DNA from: a bacterium
GTDB taxonomy: Bacteria > SZUA-182 > DTGQ01
Direction of reading: 5' to 3'
Length of the DNA stretch: 51,951 bases
Assembly (NCBI GenBank): GCA_040752695.1
Contig: JBFMGO010000033.1
Coordinates: 1-51,951, forward strand
Below the pieces are notes generated by a model, which made no database searches, was not told where the DNA came from, and worked only from the letters and a program-made list of their open reading frames with translations. Shown here piece after piece: positions 39,172 through 48,281 of this stretch. Numbering within the stretch: the first letter of the stretch is position 1; each line of letters begins with the position of its first letter. Position numbers and translations under genes: made by a program.

Positions 39172-39620
39172 TGGGATGGATTTCCAGCCTGAACATCGGA
39201 AATAGTGAAATTTTCACCTGCAACTGCTTTGTCGATATCAATCTTAACAGGGCCATCTTGCGAGGAAAGACCGGTTAGGCTGATATTTTTTTGGGCTGAT
39301 ATATCTCCCAAACGGATACTTATTTCCTTTGCTATTGATATATCATGCTTTTCAATAAGATTGATCATTTCGTAAGATAAACGGACCAGGCTCGAATCAT
39401 TGTGCATGTTCAGCGCTCGCATTTTATCCTTTATTGTTTCATCTTCGAGCTTATTTTTTGAAGATTCGATTGCAGCTACGTCAAAGGTCCTCCATTTACT
39501 CGTCAAATAAGCTTTAAGGGCATTATAAGCATCCCTTACAGCTTTTTCTGCTGTTGGCTTCAGACCTGCTGCCGCTCCAGAAATGAGCGCTGTTGAAATG
39601 ATTGTTATTGGATCCATCAT
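39162..39620 (-). CDS. Bell-like domain protein with C-terminal amyloid-like pseudo-repeats
   Basis: N-terminus MDPITIISTALISGAAAGLKPTAEKAVRDAYNALK resembles bacterial Bell/HeLo-like effectors; AAGGAG SD. Confidence 0.75.
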   Translation of the reverse strand: MMDPITIISTALISGAAAGLKPTAEKAVRDAYNALKAYLTSKWRTFDVAAIESSKNKLEDETIKDKMRALNMHNDSSLVRLSYEMINLIEKHDISIAKEISIRLGDISAQKNISLTGLSSQDGPVKIDIDKAVAGENFTISDVQAGNPSQNP

Positions 39621-40172
39621 GTTTCTCCTTCAAAATGTGTTTGGGTCACGCTTTTTACTTATCCCGATGGAAGATTAAGATACTCTATTTACGGGAACTA
39701 CCTTTAGCCACTCAAGATACTCTGTGACTTCCCGATAAAGAGGGGAAGATGTTCAGTCCACCCTGTTATCATAAAGTACCACTTTAGTATACTATATCAT
39801 CAGTTGCAAGTATTTTTTGTAGTCCCACATTACTATACTTTTACCGTCTCTTTTCCTGGATACCAGCTTTTGGGCAGGCATAACGGATACATAATTACAA
39901 ATTGCTTTTCGCGATAAAACTATTGTCATTTGTTTCCGGTTTGGGTTAAGATTCTCTTGCCGCTGAAGAAGGAACTGCTGAGAACCTTAAAATAGAAGAC
40001 ACGCTCTTTAGCAGGTGCAGGGCTTGCCCCCTTGTCAGGGGGCATCCTCAAGGGGCTGCCCTTGCAAGCCGTGCGGTTACTTTTAGAGGCAGGACTTTTC
40101 AGATAGCTTCTTCCCAGCTTGGTTGCACCAGAAATTTTTTTCCATTACTTATCTTAAACGAAAGGCAGGCTG

Positions 40173-41249
40173 ATGTCTAACCAGGATAATAGCTGGAACA
40201 AGGATACTATTCAAGATAAGAACAATAGCCGGAATAAAGATGACAGCCGGAATAAAGATGACACCCAGGATAAAGATAACAGCCAGGATAACAGCCGAAA
40301 CCAGGACAGGTTGACCACACGCAGGGGATTCCTGTGGGGGGCATCCACGGCGTTTATCTCTCTTGGCGCTTTCAGTGCGGCAGGTTGCCGCAGTAACCAT
40401 ACGGCCGGTTCCGATTCGGCCGGTTCCGATTACGCAGCGAAAAGCAACACGGTTGCCGACACCGATCCCTCGTCGTGGTGGCACAAGGATGGCGGCTTTA
40501 TAACCCACGATACTGTTGATACGCGGCAGCTCGCTCAAGGAATTATCCACGCCCGCATTGATGGGTCATGGCGGGAATTCAAGGTAATCGAATTGCCCGA
40601 TCGATTTGTGGATTGGAGTTTAAGAGTGCGCGAATCCCGCCTGGGGCGAATGCTCAGGTTTGGCGGGATGGACCCTCGGGATCTCGCCGGTTCACATAAT
40701 GCATGCGTAGCAACCTATGGTGGTCCCCGCCGTGACTCGGCAGTATCGCTCAATACTGCCTATAAAGGAATGGGGTTTGCGGTGCACGCCGGGCAGATTG
40801 CAGAAACAACCCGGAAAATCAATGAAGAGCGCCTTCGGATTGAGCGAGACTCAAGGAACGATCCAGGGAAGGAACTCCGGGCCAAGGTCAAGTTCCTCGC
40901 GGACTTCTATAGTGATGCATCAATCTTTGACCGCACCAAACAGGTCTCTCTGGAGCTTTTCGCTTCACCGGACTTCCAGACCCATACTTTCCTCAATATG
41001 ATGGCCAACCCTATTGCTTCGGCTTCCTTCCTGGCCTTCCCAACCTTTGAAATTCGTGCTGTACCCCAGCTCCTGCATCCCAAAAATCCCGGACTATCCA
41101 GGCAGGAGAAGGATATGATTGCTTACACCAATGCTGTCCATGATTTCATCCATAACGGCTTAGGCAATCGGATGGTGTGTGTGTATCATGTGGTTGAGCT
41201 CTATGACGATACACCGAATGACATGTGCAGAGGAAAACGGATCGCCTGA
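40173..41249 (+). CDS. Tat-exported (lipo)protein with a probable PNPOx-like split-barrel domain and N-terminal D/N/K repeats
   Basis: TRRGFL twin-arginine motif followed by AAGC; HTF.N...NP.AS..F and Y.N..HD..H.......Y.V.E.YD.TP segments. Confidence 0.65.
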   Translation: MSNQDNSWNKDTIQDKNNSRNKDDSRNKDDTQDKDNSQDNSRNQDRLTTRRGFLWGASTAFISLGAFSAAGCRSNHTAGSDSAGSDYAAKSNTVADTDPSSWWHKDGGFITHDTVDTRQLAQGIIHARIDGSWREFKVIELPDRFVDWSLRVRESRLGRMLRFGGMDPRDLAGSHNACVATYGGPRRDSAVSLNTAYKGMGFAVHAGQIAETTRKINEERLRIERDSRNDPGKELRAKVKFLADFYSDASIFDRTKQVSLELFASPDFQTHTFLNMMANPIASASFLAFPTFEIRAVPQLLHPKNPGLSRQEKDMIAYTNAVHDFIHNGLGNRMVCVYHVVELYDDTPNDMCRGKRIA

Positions 41250-41617
41250 TGTAACGGCATGTACAGAAGAAAAACGGATCGCCTGATTTGTGGAGTATGG
41301 CCCGGCTGGATGTAAGATGCCGGGGATGGATGCCCGGAGCTTTCCTGGATGTTTGATGCAGGATGCCGGGATTGGATGCTTGATGCAGCGGTTGAATTCT
41401 TGATGCGGGATAAGGATACCGGTGCTTGATACGATAGGCGGGGGGATTTTCAGCTCCCTGCAACATAACCATACGATACTTCCACAAGGAGATCGGTTTT
41501 TTATTTTTCATCGCTCCGGCAGCATCTTTTTAGCTTTTCTATTCCGATACATTTCCAGCGGGTTGGTGTTGATTGGGTTAATAAGAGAAGACTTTCGTAT
41601 TAAGGTGAGGCTTTCGT

Positions 41618-43360
41618 ATGAGAGAAAAAAGGTGTTGGAAAATTGCGGGCTTGATATACGCTCTTATTTTAATGGCAGTCGCGGTATCGGTAAGAACATC
41701 CTTTGCCCAAACCAGGATGAAGGGGCAAGGTTCACACTTTTATCCGGGAGAAATTATCATAAAATTTACTGAACAGGCTTTTCGATCTTTGGCAACGAAG
41801 GCAGAAAGGGGAATTGCTCTTACTGCTGTTCCTTCGATCGATAATTTGAACCGAAAATATGGTGTCTATGCCATTGAGGCTTTTGTTAACGACGGCGAGC
41901 AGGGCTATAAAGCGGCTGAGGACCCTTATGGATTGGCGAGAATATTTGTGCTCAGGGTACCCAAAGAGGCCGACACCGACTCAATAGTTGAGGCTTTTCA
42001 GAAAGATTCCCATATTGAATTTGCAGAATTAAGCGGTTATGCAGTTATGGATGATCAGGTTCCCAGGGAGAACCCCGGCTTTGATGCAGCTCACGAGCTG
42101 AATTATAGATCTCCTGAATTGAACACCAATGAATTGAACGCCAATGCGGTAAATGCTGATTCAAAGAGCAAACATCGAACGGGTACCGATACTGCGAGTG
42201 AAGACGCACCAGTTGCTGATGCAGCACGCAAAGATGCAGGGTGGGCCGATATAGCATGTGAAGATGCAGTGCAGGCTGATGCAGCGAGTGAAGATGCGGT
42301 GCAGGCCGATGCAATGGGTAGTGATTGCATGCCCATACCCTATCCATCACCTAATTCAGATACCGGCTTTTCTGCTGCCGATAATTTTTTCAGACCCTCC
42401 GATAGATATTATCTGGCTGGCTACCCTAATAACCAATGGGGGCTTGACCGGATCAACTGGTCATGGCCGATGGTTCGGGCCGTAACTCCCGCTGGTTCGC
42501 TCGCTCCTCAGATCATTGCTATCGTTGATACAGGGATTGACTACAAGCATCCCGATTTAAGAGATAAGGTACTCGTAGACAGAGGATACGATTTCGTCGA
42601 TATGGATGCAGATCCCATGGACACAAACGGACATGGCACAGCGGTTGCGGGAATAGCGGCTGCTGTAACCAATAATTTGATTGGCATAGCGGGTACAGCT
42701 CCCAATTCTTTATTGCTTCCGGTAAGGGTCCTTGAAGGTGGACCTCAAGAGTCTGGTCCTGCTCAGCTTATGGCAGGTCTTTTGAGAGTAGCCAGGGGCA
42801 TACGGTATGCCGCTGATAATGGTGCACAGGTGATAAATTTAAGCCTGAGCTGGACAGATCCCTCTCTGGTCGTGTCCAGTGCACTGAATTATGCCTATCG
42901 GGTAAGGAAATGTATTATTGTAGCTGCTGCGGGAAATGATAACAGATCCAGTGTAAGTATGCCTGCTGCCCACCCGGCCTGCATTGCAGTAGGAGCTATT
43001 GACAGGTCGGACACGAGGGTAGACTATGACACTGCGCATGGCTCAAATTATGGCACAGGATTGGAAGTGGTTGCACCTGGCGATTATATGCTGACTTTGA
43101 ATACGGTGAGAAACGGCCTCTATACACCTGCTGTCGTGCTTTATAGCCTCCGCGATGGCACCGTGGCGTATAATTGGGGCACTTCCTACGCAGCACCGTT
43201 CGTGAGCGGATTGGCCAGTATTCTCAGTACCCAGCATCCATTCGCAGGGAACGAGGCTATTAGAAAGCACATCGCCGATACCTGCGATTCCCTGGGAGAC
43301 GCGACAGAGTATGGCGTCGGACTTATCAATGTAACGAAAGCACTCCTGAACCCCCTTTAA
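41618..43360 (+). CDS. Secreted S8 subtilisin-like serine peptidase
   Basis: Signal peptide, propeptide, catalytic triad IAIVDTG / NGHGTAVAG / GTSYAAP and oxyanion AAAGN. Confidence 0.93.
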   Translation: MREKRCWKIAGLIYALILMAVAVSVRTSFAQTRMKGQGSHFYPGEIIIKFTEQAFRSLATKAERGIALTAVPSIDNLNRKYGVYAIEAFVNDGEQGYKAAEDPYGLARIFVLRVPKEADTDSIVEAFQKDSHIEFAELSGYAVMDDQVPRENPGFDAAHELNYRSPELNTNELNANAVNADSKSKHRTGTDTASEDAPVADAARKDAGWADIACEDAVQADAASEDAVQADAMGSDCMPIPYPSPNSDTGFSAADNFFRPSDRYYLAGYPNNQWGLDRINWSWPMVRAVTPAGSLAPQIIAIVDTGIDYKHPDLRDKVLVDRGYDFVDMDADPMDTNGHGTAVAGIAAAVTNNLIGIAGTAPNSLLLPVRVLEGGPQESGPAQLMAGLLRVARGIRYAADNGAQVINLSLSWTDPSLVVSSALNYAYRVRKCIIVAAAGNDNRSSVSMPAAHPACIAVGAIDRSDTRVDYDTAHGSNYGTGLEVVAPGDYMLTLNTVRNGLYTPAVVLYSLRDGTVAYNWGTSYAAPFVSGLASILSTQHPFAGNEAIRKHIADTCDSLGDATEYGVGLINVTKALLNPL

Positions 43361-43408
43361 CGGACAAAGGGGTCCCCCTTTTGAACGGACAGATCTGACA
43401 GCGCCCTC

Positions 43409-44287
43409 TCATCCTTCAGCCAGAAACTCCGGGATTTTCTCCCGGTACTTGTGCAGCAAGAAGCGGGTTATCTCGCCCACGCTGCCGTTATGGACAAGGT
43501 TCTGGCCAAGTGAAGTCACCGGCATGATTTCATAGGTGGTATTGGTCACAAAGGCTTCGGAAGCTCCAAGCAGGTCTTCGGGAGGAAAGCATCCCTCTTC
43601 GATTGCAAGCTTCTCCCGGCTGGCTATTTCCAGTACTGCCTCCCGGGTTACACCAGCCAGAAGCCCGACTTGGAGACCTGGAGTCTTGAGTATCCCGTTT
43701 CGGACCCAGAAGATATTACTCACACTTCCCTCGCAGACCCATCCATCCGTACTGAGCATCACCGCTTCCCTGGCCCCCGCCCGCAGTGCTTCCTGCATGG
43801 CCAGAATATTATTGAGGAAATTGAGTGACTTGATGGAAGGTGCCGTGGTTTGCAGGGCATTTCTGCGGACATGAACCAGCGCGGCCCGAATCCCCTGCTG
43901 GTAGAGCTCCTTTGGATGACCGCCAAACGGCCTGGCCTGGATAATAGTGGTGGGAACGGGACACAGGTCCGGGTTGAGACCGATTTCTCCCTCTCCTCTG
44001 GTTACGCAAAGCCGGATATAGGCATCCGTGAGAGAATTCCGGACCAGTATCTGACAGAGAATTTCCCGGATGTTGTCAGGGGATCGGCCTGTTTCGAGAG
44101 AAATGGCCGAGGCTGATGCTAAGAGCCTCTTGATGTGCCGGGAAAGGAAAAGAATTTTTCCTCCATAAGCCCGCAGGGTCTCAAAAACACCATCTCCATA
44201 CAAAAGACCATGATCGAACACCGAGACCTTGGCCTCTGACTTTTTCCAAAATTTTCCATTTATATAAATCCAGGGTTCCATGCTCAT
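43409..44287 (-). CDS. ilvE: Class IV PLP aminotransferase (branched-chain amino acid aminotransferase / PabC-like)
   Basis: SVFDHGLLYGDGVFET.R.Y, IKSLNFLNNILA, EGS.SNIF, L.G+TR, EAF+T.T..EI.PV motifs. Confidence 0.85.
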   Translation of the reverse strand: MSMEPWIYINGKFWKKSEAKVSVFDHGLLYGDGVFETLRAYGGKILFLSRHIKRLLASASAISLETGRSPDNIREILCQILVRNSLTDAYIRLCVTRGEGEIGLNPDLCPVPTTIIQARPFGGHPKELYQQGIRAALVHVRRNALQTTAPSIKSLNFLNNILAMQEALRAGAREAVMLSTDGWVCEGSVSNIFWVRNGILKTPGLQVGLLAGVTREAVLEIASREKLAIEEGCFPPEDLLGASEAFVTNTTYEIMPVTSLGQNLVHNGSVGEITRFLLHKYREKIPEFLAEG

Positions 44288-44379
44288 ACCATATCCTCAT
44301 AGAGGCTCATGCCGCCTTGGGTTTACGCCGCCACTGCACAGGGGCTTATGTTTCATCCAGCAACGCATTTACTCCTGCC

Positions 44380-44408
44380 TTGACACTGAGGGAGGGACTC
44401 TGTATAAT
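44380..44408 (+). promoter_or_regulatory. Consensus sigma70 promoter
   Basis: Perfect TTGACA-N17-TATAAT upstream of the small Cys-rich gene. Confidence 0.7.
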
Positions 44409-44429
44409 TTTTAATGCCAACCGGTTTTA

Positions 44430-44545
44430 TATTGACTATTGATATTGACTATCGATATTGACCATTTACATTTACTATTGATTTTATTTTTAACAGTGGT
44501 TTTGACTATTGGTTTTGACTATTGGTTTTGACCGTTGATTTTGAC
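44430..44545. repeat. Degenerate 6/12-nt tandem repeats (TTGACTATTGRT)
   Basis: Read directly in the leader region. Confidence 0.7.
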
Positions 44546-44574
44546 CCTTGTAAGCAATAATGAGGAGAAAACGA

Positions 44575-44772
44575 ATGCCCGAATGTAACCAGGCAAAGAA
44601 TAAAAAGGGGTGCAACTGTACTTATGAGCCATGCCCAAGAAAAGGGCTGTGCTGCGAATGTATCGCTTACCACCGGCAAATGCATCAATTACCCGCCTGT
44701 TATTTTGCTCCGGAGATAGAAAAGACATACGACCGGAGTATCAAGAATTTTATCCGGCATTACCAAAAATAA
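44575..44772 (+). CDS. Small Cys-rich protein (DUF6485-like)
   Basis: CNCTY.PC.RKG.CCEC+.YH....QLPACYF....E.TYDRS motif; GAGGAG SD before ATG 44575. Confidence 0.8.
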   Translation: MPECNQAKNKKGCNCTYEPCPRKGLCCECIAYHRQMHQLPACYFAPEIEKTYDRSIKNFIRHYQK

Positions 44773-44786
44773 TAAACCCCGCCCCG

Positions 44787-46874
44787 CTATTGTCTTTTCA
44801 GGAGGAGTTCAACCTTGGGAAAGAGCGATGCATTGGTGTGGGGGAGGAAGAGAGCGGATACGTACTCGTCCATGAAAGAGGCAGAGGTGCTTAATTCCAG
44901 ATAGGTGGTGGAGCGGGCAATGTGTTCAGCTTCACGCCACAGCTTTTGGGAAAGCAGGGCCAGATGCCCTCCGGTCACGGAACTGTTGCCCAGATAGCGG
45001 AACTTCTCGTAAGGAATATCAGGCAAAAGTCCGATCACGACTGCATGGTGGATATTTAAATACCTGCCGAATCCTCCGGCGATCAGAAACCGCTCGATGT
45101 CATCAACGCCAAGGCTCATCTGCTTGAGCAGGGTCGAGCACCCGGCATAGACAGCGCCCTTGGCCCTGAGGATATTGTTAATATCGATCTCGGTAATGAC
45201 GATATCTCTCTTAAGCCCCGAATCCTTAGCCCAGGCCAGCACGTACTCCCTGCCATGATCCCCTTCACGAAGCCGAGGGCAGTCGATATCCCTTCGGATC
45301 TTTCCTTTCCGGTCGAGGAGTCCGGACAGGAACATTTCAGCCATTGCATCGATAATTCCGGAACCACAAATACCGCGCGGCTCCCCATGACCGATAACTG
45401 AAAGCTTGGGCTCCATCGTACTTCGGTCAATAGTTACGCTGTCAATGGCTCCCGCAGTGGCACGCATACCATGCAAAACCTCTCCGCCCTCAAAGGCAGG
45501 TCCGGCAGAGCAGGAAGCTGTCACCATCCAGTCCTCGTTTCCCAGAACAATCTCCCCGTTCGTTCCAATATCGATAAACAAGGTCAAGGGTGCTTCCTTG
45601 TGCATGCCTGTAGTTAAAATACCGGCAGTGATATCGCCTCCCACGTAGCTGGCAATGGCAGGCAGGCAATAGAGATAGGCGTTTTGGTTTGCCCTCAGGC
45701 CAAGCTCGTACGCCTTTATCGGCGGAACTGAAGAAATGGTGGGGATGTAAGGGTCTTCCCTGATGTAGCGGGGATCGAGCTGGAGGAGGAGATGAATCAT
45801 GGTGGTATTGCCTGCGGCTACGATGCAGTTAATATGCTGCTCAGGAAGGCCAGCTCTTTCCAGGATCTGGCCGATCAGCTCATTTATGGTGCCGATAACG
45901 AGCTGATGCAGTTCTTCGAGACCTGCCGGGGTCCGGGCATAGATGATGCGGGATATGACATCTTCCCCGCAGCGGATCTGGGCATTATAGCCAGCCGCAG
46001 TGTCAATGACCTGTCCGGTTAAAAGATCGACAAGATAAACCACAACCGTGGTGGTACCAATATCAATAGCCAGGCCAAGGTGATGCTGGGAATGATCTCC
46101 GGGCTGAATGTCGAGGATTTCCACTCCGTCGGGCAATTCGATCAGAGTGACCGTAATTTGCCATGACCCGCTCCGTACGACCCTGGAGAGTTTCCTCAAA
46201 ATAGGCAAAGGACAGCGTATCCGCTCCCCTCCAAATCCATGAGACACCAGATCCGCTCGCAGGCGCTCTATATCGCTGCGAGGATCCTCCAGTGAGGGGG
46301 ATTCCAATCGAAGATGCACACGCCGGGCACGGGTTTCGATCTCCCATTTCCCCAGCACCAGCCTGTTCTTGACGACCGGCTTTTCCTCCAGTACTATCCG
46401 TGATCCCGCTGCGTCCTTGGATTCTGCTGTGTCCTTAGATTTTGCTGCATCCTGTGATTTTGCATCGGCCCCTGCTCTTTTGCCAGACTGCGTGTCTGCG
46501 GCTTGGCTTGATCCATCACTCCTTACGGTACCCCTTATGGGGTCCCCTGCCACGATTGAGGATACATCTTCGTCAACCCGCGATTCAGGCGGAATTTCAA
46601 CCTCCATGTCCCCTTCCACCATGACCAGACAGGCCAGACAATACCCCTTGCTGATCTCCTCCTTTCGCAGGAAAGGGGAAGGAGAAGCACAACAGGTGCT
46701 CCCTTTGATTATAATCCTGCACTTACCGCAAGTACCCTGACCGCCGCAGGAGGCAGGAACCGAAAACCCTGCTCTTCGCAGTACCCGCAGCAGAATATCC
46801 CCTTCGGAGGCAGTGATCTTTTTCCCTTCGAACTCTTTTCCTTTTGGATAAACAGTGATGGTAAACTTATTCAT
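44787..46874 (-). CDS. ASKHA-domain [2Fe-2S] reductive activator of corrinoid proteins (RACo/AcsV, DUF4445)
   Basis: CGGQGTCGKC...LAC ferredoxin, DIGTTT, G.DVISRI, GNTTM.HL, SYVGGDI, DIGTNGE, SAGPAFEG, GICGSG, AGGFG motifs. Confidence 0.9.
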   Translation of the reverse strand: MNKFTITVYPKGKEFEGKKITASEGDILLRVLRRAGFSVPASCGGQGTCGKCRIIIKGSTCCASPSPFLRKEEISKGYCLACLVMVEGDMEVEIPPESRVDEDVSSIVAGDPIRGTVRSDGSSQAADTQSGKRAGADAKSQDAAKSKDTAESKDAAGSRIVLEEKPVVKNRLVLGKWEIETRARRVHLRLESPSLEDPRSDIERLRADLVSHGFGGERIRCPLPILRKLSRVVRSGSWQITVTLIELPDGVEILDIQPGDHSQHHLGLAIDIGTTTVVVYLVDLLTGQVIDTAAGYNAQIRCGEDVISRIIYARTPAGLEELHQLVIGTINELIGQILERAGLPEQHINCIVAAGNTTMIHLLLQLDPRYIREDPYIPTISSVPPIKAYELGLRANQNAYLYCLPAIASYVGGDITAGILTTGMHKEAPLTLFIDIGTNGEIVLGNEDWMVTASCSAGPAFEGGEVLHGMRATAGAIDSVTIDRSTMEPKLSVIGHGEPRGICGSGIIDAMAEMFLSGLLDRKGKIRRDIDCPRLREGDHGREYVLAWAKDSGLKRDIVITEIDINNILRAKGAVYAGCSTLLKQMSLGVDDIERFLIAGGFGRYLNIHHAVVIGLLPDIPYEKFRYLGNSSVTGGHLALLSQKLWREAEHIARSTTYLELSTSASFMDEYVSALFLPHTNASLFPKVELLLKRQ

Positions 46875-47043
46875 TTCCTCTCAACCAATGAACCTGTTTC
46901 AATTATCCTGTTCAAATTGTTCTTGTTTCAAACTGCCCTTGTTTCAATTTCTCTGTCCCGGTTTTTCTCTCCCGGTTTTCCGGTTTTTTCTCTCCCGTTT
47001 CTATTTTCATCCCGACACAAGGAGCTTACCCCAGGCTGTCACA

Positions 47044-48162
47044 TCAGGAGGCTAAAGCCCAGACAGCTACCAGAACCCCGTGGCGATAAAAATTTCCCCT
47101 GCCCAGATCTTTCATTCTGGGAATAATGCCAAAGGCACCGTCCTTTTCCTGTGAGTCGCAAATAAAATCCACGGTTTCCTGAAACCCAGCTATATCCTTA
47201 TACCCCATAATCTTAGCACAGACGATTAATTCACATAAAATATCCAGTTGCTTTTTCGGCAAATAGAGACTAATTCCTTCCGGAATAATTTCACGAAGAA
47301 ATTTTGACTCCTTAGGCATGAGCATTTCATCCGGGTCCTTATCTCCGAAGCTCGAAAGGGCAAAGATTTCGTGGGTGATGTCATAAAAAAAGTTGGTTAC
47401 GTCAAGGTCCGAGGCATAGCTCTTGCCAAGAGGAATCATATAACTGTTTTTGGTCATGGAAACAACAACTCCCTGCTCAATCGAATTGATAAGGGGAATC
47501 TTGGGTTCATAGCCCAGATCCCGCAAAAGTGAGCTGTTCAGGATGACATAGGTGATGTTCGGGGGATAGGTCATAGGGCTGTTCAGGATTTCGCCCTTGA
47601 TGAACCGATGGAAATCCTCGGTTTCAAAACCCAGTCTCTCAGCAGCTTTGGTAATGGCCAGATAGGCGGTAATTTCACCGGCGAATTGAATGTGGAAATC
47701 TTCCTGTGCCCTCAATTCCCGGACAATTCTGGCCAGTCGATCCCGGCAAAATTCTTTTTCCGCGGCAGATTTTGCTCCTTTGTAGAGGATATAGTAGAGA
47801 TTTGCCTCTTCGCCCATCTCAAGAAATCCTCCATCCTCAAAACTGGCCGGATGTTCCATAATCCATTGTAATGCCTTATTGATAACCTCTTCTGCCCGGG
47901 ATTGACCGGGACTTTGGGACTGGCTGGGGATTTGAAACAGGTTGAGGCTCTGAGACTGGTTGGGATCTTGAGGCTGGTTTGGATTTTGAGACTGGTTTGG
48001 ATCTTGAGACTGGTTTGGATCTTGTGTCTGGTCAATGCCCTGCGACTGAACGGGATTTTGAGAAAGGGCCGCATCCTTTTTTTGATGTTGATGTGTGCAC
48101 GAAGCCGAAAGGAGAACCGCCAAAATCAGTACTGCCCACTTCTTCCTCTTGAAATTTTTCAT
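47044..48162 (-). CDS. Lipoprotein with QDPNQS repeats and a helical C-terminal domain
   Basis: Lipobox-like LSASC after a hydrophobic core; in-frame 18-nt repeats at about 47895-48035; Y..TH.+F and Q..DG.F segments. Confidence 0.75.
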   Translation of the reverse strand: MKNFKRKKWAVLILAVLLSASCTHQHQKKDAALSQNPVQSQGIDQTQDPNQSQDPNQSQNPNQPQDPNQSQSLNLFQIPSQSQSPGQSRAEEVINKALQWIMEHPASFEDGGFLEMGEEANLYYILYKGAKSAAEKEFCRDRLARIVRELRAQEDFHIQFAGEITAYLAITKAAERLGFETEDFHRFIKGEILNSPMTYPPNITYVILNSSLLRDLGYEPKIPLINSIEQGVVVSMTKNSYMIPLGKSYASDLDVTNFFYDITHEIFALSSFGDKDPDEMLMPKESKFLREIIPEGISLYLPKKQLDILCELIVCAKIMGYKDIAGFQETVDFICDSQEKDGAFGIIPRMKDLGRGNFYRHGVLVAVWALAS

Positions 48163-48281
48163 CTAACTCTCCCCTTTACACTTATGAAATTTTTTGCACT
48201 GTACCATACTTCAAGCAGAATTGTCAATCTGGATAGGGAGAAGCGTTAGAGGGCGGTTTTCGATTTGGGACCCTGCTCTGG

